This document shows, piece after piece, positions 7,931-15,648 of a stretch of DNA of 64,000 bases. Position numbers and translations under genes: made by a program. The first letter of the stretch is position 1, and every line of letters begins with the position of its first letter. This DNA is from an uncultured Methanosarcinales archaeon (GTDB lineage Archaea > Nanobdellota > Nanobdellia > Woesearchaeales > JAHJBD01): contig CAZHRT010000001.1 in the NCBI GenBank assembly GCA_964534665.1, forward strand, positions 605 through 64,604, in the 5' to 3' direction. A model generated the notes under the pieces. The model made no database searches, was not told where the DNA came from, and saw nothing but the letters and a program-made list of their open reading frames with translations.

Positions 7931-10207
7931 TTACTTAATGTTCATTTTTTTATAAGTACGTTTAAGCCACTCATTCCAGTCAAAAAATATCCTTTTAGAA
8001 TCTAAAGACCCAACTTCTGTTTTAACTATATCAGAAATCCTATGAAACTCATCATTTGCTTGTATTGTAAATTCAGCTTCCAACAAATCCATGTTCTTCG
8101 CTTTTACTGCAAAATCAACCAATGTTTGTTTCATTTTTGCTCTTAACTGTATATTGTCCCATACAGCATCCCAGTCGCCAGCCCAATCTTTTACTTTTCC
8201 AGCTATAGATTTTAGTATTTCACTGTCACCATTTATCAAATCATCAGAAGGTTCAAGCTGATCTGTTGCTGTTTCATATTTCATCAAATCAACAAAACCA
8301 CCTTCTAAAAGAGGGTCATTTTCCCAATGTTTTCTTACTTCAGTTATAGCAGTTACTCGTCGCCATTTATGCAAACCATCTGCACTTTTTATTGGATTTG
8401 CAACAATAACAATATCAGTAGCTTTAAATGAAGTTTTTGGAACACCTAAATCATTTACAACCCTATCATAAACACCATACGGGCTATCACCATGAATTGT
8501 TCCCGCAACAACATTTGCTAAAGCTCCAACCCTCATAGCTTCATAAAGTGCTTTTGCTTCTGTACTCCTAACCTCTCCAACTATCAAACTGCTATCACCT
8601 AGTCTTAATGTTGTCCTTATACCTTCATCTGCTGGAACTTCAGCTGTACCTTTTGACATAGCTGACGCAACTTTCATTGGTTGAATATTATAACCCATCT
8701 TTCTTAATGCAGTAACAGGCAATTCTAAAGTATCTTCAATAGTTAGAATTCTATACCTTCGCATTATCTCAGTAAGAATAGAACCAAGCAAAGAAGATTT
8801 ACCAGCCGACCTTGTTCCAGCAACAAGCATTGTTCTTGAACCATCAACCAAAAAACTAATTATGCCTGCAGCCAAAGAGTTAATCATACGATAATGAATA
8901 AATAAAGGAAGTGTCCAAGGTTTATCCCTATGGCGCCTAAAAGAAAATGCCATTCCATTTGGGTTCAAAGGTTCTGAAATAACTGCAACCCTGTTTCTTG
9001 CACCTGGAAGTTCAAGTTCTGTATCTAAAATAGGATTAGCTTCATCTAATGGCCTTCCACTAATCATTCTAAGTTTTGAAGCCCATGATTCTGCCTCAGG
9101 TGGTGTTGGAATAACATTTGTTATACAATCTCCATGATCCCCATGAACAATAAAAATAGGAACCTCTCCCATTGGACTATTGATTGAAACATCTTGAACT
9201 TTCTCATCTTGAAGTAAAACTTCAATTAAACCAAAACCAATAGTATATCTAACAAGAATTTCTGTTAACTCTTTAATTTCTTTAAGAGACATCTTAACAT
9301 GATGTCTATCTGTTAATTCTTCAATCAAATCCTGGCCAATGTTCGAAAAAACTTGCCTCATTCTTTCAGGCTCAACAAACTCACTCCTCTTAGGCTTATG
9401 CTCAGCCATAATTTTTCTAGCCATGTCAAGAATATTATACGCATCTTCTGACAACTTAAACTCAGGTGGCACAATATGATAAAGAAGCTGTATTGTATTA
9501 GGTAAACTAAATACTGTTACTTCAGTAGCTCCAACTTTATAAGCATCAATCTCTTCTCCATCAATAGGATAATTTGACATCAATTTAGTATACATAAAAT
9601 CTGGCTTAATAGATGCTGAGAAGAGTTTACGATAAAGTTCTCTTTCACCCATTTTATATCCAGCTAATGTAGGAGCAGCTCTAACAATAATCTGCATTTT
9701 CTCCATCATAGAAATAATCTGACTCAGAATCTTGATAACATTCTCATAACACTCTTTAGCTGTTCTATCAACAGCTTTTTCTTCCATAATATGAACATCT
9801 CTTGATAACCTTCTAAGTTCAACATATCCTCCTATGGGGTCACCTTTGAAAACATCAGTAATGAAATGTTTTACTTGACTAAATAAACCAGCACTATACC
9901 TAGCACATGCAGGATCATAAACAAAAGCATTGTAACTCAAAAGATCTTTTCTTTTTGATATCTCAGCAGAAATTCTTGCAACTTCTATTAGTAGTGATGT
10001 TTGAGCATATTCATATTCATAATTTCTTTTTTGATAGAAAATTAATTTAGTTGCACCAGTTGTTTCAACTAATGCATCAACTGCTTTAGCCATTAATACA
10101 GAATCATTTTCCAATGAAGGGATCTTATGATATGATTCACAATTAATCTTAACAATTACTTCTTCTCCTTCCCTGATTACATCGTAATCAAAAAGCTTGT
10201 CTGCCAA
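7931..10207 (-). CDS. Type II/IV secretion-family ATPase (FlaI/PilB/VirB11-like), 758 aa with a long N-terminal extension
   Basis: Walker A is GTRSAGKSSLLGSIL. ILTIEDTLEL and GEVRSTEAKALYEAMRVG are Asp-box and His-box type motifs of the GspE/FlaI family. A GAGGTGA sequence precedes the ATG. Confidence 0.85.
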   Translation of the reverse strand: MADKLFDYDVIREGEEVIVKINCESYHKIPSLENDSVLMAKAVDALVETTGATKLIFYQKRNYEYEYAQTSLLIEVARISAEISKRKDLLSYNAFVYDPACARYSAGLFSQVKHFITDVFKGDPIGGYVELRRLSRDVHIMEEKAVDRTAKECYENVIKILSQIISMMEKMQIIVRAAPTLAGYKMGERELYRKLFSASIKPDFMYTKLMSNYPIDGEEIDAYKVGATEVTVFSLPNTIQLLYHIVPPEFKLSEDAYNILDMARKIMAEHKPKRSEFVEPERMRQVFSNIGQDLIEELTDRHHVKMSLKEIKELTEILVRYTIGFGLIEVLLQDEKVQDVSINSPMGEVPIFIVHGDHGDCITNVIPTPPEAESWASKLRMISGRPLDEANPILDTELELPGARNRVAVISEPLNPNGMAFSFRRHRDKPWTLPLFIHYRMINSLAAGIISFLVDGSRTMLVAGTRSAGKSSLLGSILTEIMRRYRILTIEDTLELPVTALRKMGYNIQPMKVASAMSKGTAEVPADEGIRTTLRLGDSSLIVGEVRSTEAKALYEAMRVGALANVVAGTIHGDSPYGVYDRVVNDLGVPKTSFKATDIVIVANPIKSADGLHKWRRVTAITEVRKHWENDPLLEGGFVDLMKYETATDQLEPSDDLINGDSEILKSIAGKVKDWAGDWDAVWDNIQLRAKMKQTLVDFAVKAKNMDLLEAEFTIQANDEFHRISDIVKTEVGSLDSKRIFFDWNEWLKRTYKKMNIK

Positions 10208-10226
10208 TCATTTCACCTCTTTTTTT

Positions 10227-10370
10227 TCACTCTTTTTTATCTTTTAATAACTCAATAGCAATCTCAATCAAATGCGATTTATTCCTATACTTTTTCGTAT
10301 CTTTTAGTTCACTATCTATCCACTTAACCAAATCAGCATCAATAGTAGCACTAATGATCTTTTTTGCCAT
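10227..10370 (-). CDS. Ribbon-helix-helix (CopG/Arc-like) DNA-binding protein, 47 aa, missing from the ORF track
   Basis: My hand translation is MAKKIISATIDADLVKWIDSELKDTKKYRNKSHLIEIAIELLKDKKE. The pattern is beta strand (ISATID), helix, turn, helix, as in RHH proteins. It ends 19 nt upstream of the ATPase gene on the same strand. Confidence 0.65.
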   Translation of the reverse strand: MAKKIISATIDADLVKWIDSELKDTKKYRNKSHLIEIAIELLKDKKE

Positions 10371-10480
10371 TTACCCTTACTTTAACTAATATATTTTATA
10401 AAACTTTCTATTAGAAAATATATTTTATTTATATTATATATTAATTTAATTAATAAATATCTTATTTAAAACTAGAAATA

Positions 10481-11329
10481 TTATTCTCCAAGAAATTGTA
10501 CTTGTAAATAAGAAGTAGCACCTACTTCTCCACTAGATATTTGCAAACCATACCCTTCTTCAAGCCTTTGCATCAAAGTTGGATCAAACCCATTTACATC
10601 ATGAAAAATATCCTGAGCAGATAATCCCGCGACTCCTGCACTTGGAGCGCTCAACCTAAATCCTCCATCAGACATCTCAGTCGTCAAAACAGGCCTCCCC
10701 TCTAATTCAGAACCAATCAAAGCGCGCACCGCACTAACATAGTATGCAGTCATCAAATAACCAACCTCATAAGGACTAGCCCCTATTCTCTGGTGAATAT
10801 CTCCATCTGGAAGATTACAATCAACTCGATCCCCTTGAACAGTTCGTCCAAATGCTTCTGGTGTCTCCATTGATAAATGTTTTCTTGATAAGAAATTCGC
10901 ATCTAACAAAAGATTATATAGTGATAGATCAAATTTTGCTGTAGGATCATTAACAACAGATTGAAATGTGCCAACACGCTGATAATCTTCAGCAACATGG
11001 CCTGTATAATTAACCTGTAATCGTTTAGCTTGGGTGACAGTAACAGGAAGCTCATCAGGAAACTCAGCCCTTCCTGTAATAATATCATCTATTTGCATAG
11101 CCAATCCCTGAACATCAAAATCAGTCCCCAGCTCTTTGCCTATATCTAATATTCTTTGCCTATATCCAACAAAACTTGCAACTACATCTTGTAAAGAATC
11201 TATTTCAGAAGCAGTATGTGCAAAACCCATATGACAAAAAGTGCCTCCAACTAATGACGCACTATGTGCCCACCTTATCCTATTTTGATGTGTATCTTGT
11301 AAGGTTTCAGGTGTAAGTAAGTCTGACAT
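10481..11329 (-). CDS. Hypothetical acidic protein, 282 aa, extreme compositional outlier
   Basis: Long ORF with only 4 Lys in 282 residues (my count), set among Lys-rich proteins. No family recognised and no TM segment. Confidence 0.7.
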   Translation of the reverse strand: MSDLLTPETLQDTHQNRIRWAHSASLVGGTFCHMGFAHTASEIDSLQDVVASFVGYRQRILDIGKELGTDFDVQGLAMQIDDIITGRAEFPDELPVTVTQAKRLQVNYTGHVAEDYQRVGTFQSVVNDPTAKFDLSLYNLLLDANFLSRKHLSMETPEAFGRTVQGDRVDCNLPDGDIHQRIGASPYEVGYLMTAYYVSAVRALIGSELEGRPVLTTEMSDGGFRLSAPSAGVAGLSAQDIFHDVNGFDPTLMQRLEEGYGLQISSGEVGATSYLQVQFLGE

Positions 11330-11489
11330 TCCATTAAATAATACATTTTAGTTTAAATAAATTTATATTATATATAGTCGTTTATACATTTTCTTCCAAA
11401 AGACGATAGAGAGCCATATAACAACATCATTTAAATAGTAAAAATAATTAATAGTTACAAAGGATATTAATTTAGAGAAGATCATAAAA

Positions 11490-12026
11490 ATGAAAAGGAA
11501 AATAATACTCAATTTAGCAATTAGCTTGGATGGTTATATTGCAGATAAAGATGGTGGTTTTGCTTGGATTAAAGGAAATGGAGATAAAAGACATGATACA
11601 AAAAATCAGTTTAGCTTTCCTAAATTTCTTAAAACAGTAGATACAATAATTATTGGAAAAAAAGCTTATGATGATAGTTATGACATATCAAAAAAAATGT
11701 TTAAATCTAAAAAAATTTATGTGGTCACACATAAGAAATTAGAAAATAAAGAGGATAACATAGGAATCATTAGTGGAAATATTGTCTCAAAAATTACTAA
11801 ACTTAAAAAAGAAAAAGGCAAAGATATTTGGTTATTTGGTGGAGGCATAGTAATTGATCCATTTGTTAAGGCGGATGTTATTGACGAATATATTATTGGT
11901 GTTGTCCCAACAATTTTAGGTAGCGGAAGACCTTTATTTTTGAAAAACAATCCGCTAATTAAATTACATTTTAAAGAATGTACTTCCCAAGAAGGAATTG
12001 TTATTCTAAGATATTCAAAAAAATAA
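11490..12026 (+). CDS. Dihydrofolate reductase-like / RibD C-terminal domain family protein
   Basis: KIILNLAISLDGYIADKDGGFAWI, IIIGKKAYD, WLFGGGIVIDPF and IIGVVPTILGSGRPLF match the RibD_C/DHFR-like fold signature. Confidence 0.75.
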   Translation: MKRKIILNLAISLDGYIADKDGGFAWIKGNGDKRHDTKNQFSFPKFLKTVDTIIIGKKAYDDSYDISKKMFKSKKIYVVTHKKLENKEDNIGIISGNIVSKITKLKKEKGKDIWLFGGGIVIDPFVKADVIDEYIIGVVPTILGSGRPLFLKNNPLIKLHFKECTSQEGIVILRYSKK

Positions 12027-12155
12027 TTGGAATTATACTTCTGCTATAGAAACAAACAATCAAGTGATTGTTTACATCAACCACTATAAAATAGTCACAC
12101 ATATTTATATTAAAACAAACTAAAATATGATTTAATCTAGATAATAGAATAGAAA

Positions 12156-12611
12156 ATGGGAAAACCACTATTTGTAATCGGAAAGCCTAAACCAGGCGAA
12201 CCAGCAAAACCAGGCGCAATGACTTTAGGTAAACCAAAAAAAGGTGAACCAGTAGCTGCACCAGACGTTTCAGAAGATGTTGCAGAATTAAATAGAAGAA
12301 TGCGCCTTATTGAAGAAAGAAACGCAAGCTTAGACATTCGTTTAGAAGTTATTGAAGAAAATGCAGTAAAAAGGCACCAGAAACTAGCCAAAGAATTTAA
12401 AACATTTTTACTAGATATTTTAGAATTAAGAAGAGATATGAACGAATTAAAAAACAAATTACTTTCATTAATAAAGAATATGAGCCTTTTATCTAGAAAA
12501 GAAGAAGTTGATGTTTTAAAAAAATATCTTGATTTATGGAAACCTATGAATTTCGTTACAAGAAGCGAAATCCAAGAAATAGTTCAAGAAGAAATCAAAA
12601 AGTTTAAATAG
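12156..12611 (+). CDS. Hypothetical coiled-coil protein with Pro/Gly/Lys-rich N-terminus
   Basis: The N-terminus has GKPKPGEPAKPG..GKPKKGEP repeats, followed by heptad-like helical sequence. No family recognised. Confidence 0.6.
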   Translation: MGKPLFVIGKPKPGEPAKPGAMTLGKPKKGEPVAAPDVSEDVAELNRRMRLIEERNASLDIRLEVIEENAVKRHQKLAKEFKTFLLDILELRRDMNELKNKLLSLIKNMSLLSRKEEVDVLKKYLDLWKPMNFVTRSEIQEIVQEEIKKFK

Positions 12612-12645
12612 CGCTAATAGAAAAATAAAAAAGAGGTAATAGATA

Positions 12646-13176
12646 ATGGCAGGTCTTTCAGATACAATTAATTCTTATAGGCAACAGGGCTATAAAGATG
12701 ATCAAATAGTACAATATCTACAAAGCCAGGGCCATGCTCAAAATGAAATTTTTGCAGCTATGGGAAAATCAGCTCCGCCTGCAGGGGGCGCACCGCCGCC
12801 ACCACCAGGGGCACCAACAGCCAGTTCACAATCTTCAAGAGAACAAATTGAAGAAGTTGCTGAAGCAGTTGTAGAAGAAAAGTGGAAATCATTGTTAGAA
12901 AAATTAGACGCATTAACTGAATGGAAAAATGATGCACAAACAAAACTAACAACATTAGAACAAAACCTAAAAAATATTCAAACTAATTTTGATTCATTAC
13001 ACAAAGGAATTCTAGGTAAAATCTCTGAATATGACAAAAATCTAACTGACGTTGGCACATCAATAAAAGCCATGGACAAAGTCTTTAAAGAAGTTCTACC
13101 AAGTTTTACGGAAAACGTAAACAAATTAGACAGGATAGCAAATAAATCTTCCGCACCTCAAAAAAGAAGAATATAA
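12646..13176 (+). CDS. Hypothetical protein: small N-terminal domain, polyproline linker, coiled coil
   Basis: The linker is APPAGGAPPPPPGAPT, followed by a long helical and coiled-coil region. No family recognised. Confidence 0.6.
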   Translation: MAGLSDTINSYRQQGYKDDQIVQYLQSQGHAQNEIFAAMGKSAPPAGGAPPPPPGAPTASSQSSREQIEEVAEAVVEEKWKSLLEKLDALTEWKNDAQTKLTTLEQNLKNIQTNFDSLHKGILGKISEYDKNLTDVGTSIKAMDKVFKEVLPSFTENVNKLDRIANKSSAPQKRRI

Positions 13177-13698
13177 TTATTTAGGCTTTCCCGCCATTAA
13201 AGCTATTGTAAATACTGCAACTAATAAGATAATTATTCCACCAAGAACTTGCGGATGAAATAATACAGATGTTGGCCTAGTATAATCATCTTCATCAATA
13301 CTATCATTATTACCTGGCAAACTTGTTTCTTGTCTTATGTACATTAAAGAACCAACAATTATTACTAAAACAATTACAACTCCTAAAAGTAATTTGAGCG
13401 AATTTGAACCTAACACTTGTGCTGTATTAACACCCATAACTCTAAATGCTATTGAAGAAAATATAATTAAGATAAATATAACTGCAAACCAAGGCGCAAT
13501 CAAATTAATAATCCCTGTAGCAATAGGGGATAGTAAAACAAGCAGACCTACCACAAAAGATACAACCAAGTTAATAGCATCATTATCCCCTAGTATCTTA
13601 GTAGTCTTAAGTATTGCATAAACTATTAACAATACAAGAACAAATATAAATACATTAGAAAATTGAGTTAGTCCTGAAACATCTAAAAATGTTGCCAT
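13177..13698 (-). CDS. Integral membrane protein, paralogue 3 of a tandem triplet
   Basis: Shares the N-terminal pattern MA(S/T)...hydrophobic-AIL-K-T/I-K-I/V-(L/F)G...(I)N-(A/L)-V with 13701..14294 and 14299..14856 (here YAILKTTKILGDNDAINLVVSF). Confidence 0.7.
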   Translation of the reverse strand: MATFLDVSGLTQFSNVFIFVLVLLIVYAILKTTKILGDNDAINLVVSFVVGLLVLLSPIATGIINLIAPWFAVIFILIIFSSIAFRVMGVNTAQVLGSNSLKLLLGVVIVLVIIVGSLMYIRQETSLPGNNDSIDEDDYTRPTSVLFHPQVLGGIIILLVAVFTIALMAGKPK

Positions 13699-13700
13699 TC

Positions 13701-14294
13701 TTATTTATTACCACCAAATATTTTACCAAAATCCATTCCAAACCGTTTCATCGTACCTAATTCTTCTTTGGATCCTTCACCTGTAACAAAACTAATAATC
13801 ACACCAAATACTAAAAGCATAATAATTATCGCTACTGCATCTGACCCAAAAAAGCCTTCAAACCAACCATATCCACCCCACCAACCTGCAGATCCTCCAA
13901 AAATAAAGACAATTGTTAAGATAGATAATATAGCAATCCAATTAGGTGCAGCAACACCAAATATATGTGCTTCTCCACCAAATATACCAATAAGAACCAA
14001 TAACATCAAAACTGCAATTACTACTATTGATACAGAAGGTAAAGCTTCTTTTAAAATATCTATTACATCAAAACCTGGCGGATAAGTACCAGTTACATGA
14101 GGAATAACAGTCATTAATGACATAACTAAAGCAATAACAGCATTAATGTTTCTTCTTTCACCAAAAACTTTAATTTTCTGAAGAATTGCAAAAAGTACTG
14201 CAAAAATTAAAATAAATGGGAGAAAAACATCTGTCATACCCCACGATTCCATCGCTTCTACAAATCCTTGTAATTGCCATGCTCTACTTGCCAT
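13701..14294 (-). CDS. Integral membrane protein, paralogue 2 of a tandem triplet
   Basis: DVFLPFILIFAVLFAILQKIKVFGERRNINAVIAL aligns with the neighbouring paralogue. About 5 TM segments and a Gly/Trp-rich C-terminal region. Confidence 0.75.
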   Translation of the reverse strand: MASRAWQLQGFVEAMESWGMTDVFLPFILIFAVLFAILQKIKVFGERRNINAVIALVMSLMTVIPHVTGTYPPGFDVIDILKEALPSVSIVVIAVLMLLVLIGIFGGEAHIFGVAAPNWIAILSILTIVFIFGGSAGWWGGYGWFEGFFGSDAVAIIIMLLVFGVIISFVTGEGSKEELGTMKRFGMDFGKIFGGNK

Positions 14295-14298
14295 TTTT

Positions 14299-14856
14299 TT
14301 ATTCAGATTTATTTGAAGATGATGGTCGCTTATCTCCCTTAATTATCCAACTTATAAACAAGATTATAACTACTAATAGTATAATTGACCCAATTCCTGC
14401 TCCACCAGTTCCAGTACTTAAATACTTCCAAGTTAAATCTAACCATCCTAAAGCATTCAAAAAAATTAATGAGATTCCAATAAACATGATAAACATAAAA
14501 AAGACTTTCCAACCTTCTGGAAGAAAAACTCCTGAAGGATCTTCTTTAAAGAATGATCCAACTAAAAGTAAGAATAAAACAGATAGCATTAACAAAATAA
14601 CCATCTGACTTGATACAGTAGTGATAATATAAACAAGTTTAGATGATGCAATAACCAAGAAGGATATTACAAAAGCAACCAAAGCATTAATATTTTTTCT
14701 AGTATATTTTTTACCATCAATTTCTTCTTGACCAAAGACTTTAGTTTTCTCTAATATTGCAAAAACAATTGCAAAAACAAGCAAGAACGGTAAAACTACA
14801 TCATAGATACCAATATCTGCAAAAAAATCAATTGTACCTCTAAACAATGATGCCAT
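14299..14856 (-). CDS. Integral membrane protein, paralogue 1 of a tandem triplet
   Basis: DVVLPFLLVFAIVFAILEKTKVFGQEE..KNINALVAF. I chose the ATG at 14856 (MASLF...) by alignment with the MASRAW start of the paralogue; the tracker used a GTG at 14910. Confidence 0.7.
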   Translation of the reverse strand: MASLFRGTIDFFADIGIYDVVLPFLLVFAIVFAILEKTKVFGQEEIDGKKYTRKNINALVAFVISFLVIASSKLVYIITTVSSQMVILLMLSVLFLLLVGSFFKEDPSGVFLPEGWKVFFMFIMFIGISLIFLNALGWLDLTWKYLSTGTGGAGIGSIILLVVIILFISWIIKGDKRPSSSNKSE

Positions 14857-14965
14857 GTTCAAAATAATAGGACGATTCATATTTAAAGGTTTCGATTTGT
14901 CAAGAACCACAAGTCATAGACCAATAATACAAAGTGAAGCTTCATCTTTACTATATTAACAGTGG

Positions 14966-14998
14966 TTCTTGAGCATGCTCAGGAATATATTCCTTACA
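14966..14998 (+). repeat. Copy 2 of the GCATGC-centred palindrome plus hairpin repeat
   Basis: TTCTTGAGCATGCTCAGGAATATATTCCTTACA. The palindromic core is TGAGCATGCTCA and the downstream hairpin is AGGAAT/ATTCCT. Intergenic. Confidence 0.7.
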
Positions 14999-15046
14999 TG
15001 ATAAATTAGCAAGCTTTAAAAAAGGCAATATAATTTAATAGATAAA

Positions 15047-15613
15047 ATGATAAACAAACAAAATTTTGACAAAGTAAAAAATAACTTAGATAAATTTGAT
15101 AAGAAAAGAGAAGAATTAATCAAAACTTCAAGAGAAATTGTTAGAGAATCTAAAAAGATAATTTATTCCATTCATAGAAATGAAAAAGTATCAACTACTA
15201 AAATTAAAACCTCATTAAAGAGTCTTACAATTCTAGCAAAGAAAAATCCTAAACTATTATATTCAGGATCAGTTAAAATAGCTGTACAAGAATATGTTGA
15301 AGCTATTGCTTTCTTAGAGTTTAACAAAAGTGGTAAGATAATTCCATATAATCCAGAATTTATTGATGATGAATTCTATTTGCTTGGATTATGTGATTTA
15401 TCAGGAGAATTAGTTAGAAAAGCAGTTCAAGAAGGTATTAACAATAAAAATAAAGCTGTATTAAACATAAGAAAAGCAGTTGACGAATTATATTATAAAA
15501 TTCTAGAATTAGACCTAAGAAATGGCGAGCTAAGAAAAAAATCAGATGGTATTAAGTGGGATCTAAAGAAACTTGATGAGATGGTTTTTAGTTTAAAGCT
15601 TAGAATCCCATAA
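15047..15613 (+). CDS. Translin family protein
   Basis: AVQEYVEAIAFLEF, YLLGLCDLSGELVRKAV and LRKKSDGIKWDLKKLDEM match the conserved translin helical signature. Confidence 0.7.
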   Translation: MINKQNFDKVKNNLDKFDKKREELIKTSREIVRESKKIIYSIHRNEKVSTTKIKTSLKSLTILAKKNPKLLYSGSVKIAVQEYVEAIAFLEFNKSGKIIPYNPEFIDDEFYLLGLCDLSGELVRKAVQEGINNKNKAVLNIRKAVDELYYKILELDLRNGELRKKSDGIKWDLKKLDEMVFSLKLRIP

Positions 15614-15648
15614 AAAACTTTATAAACCTACTATAATCCTCTCTTTCT

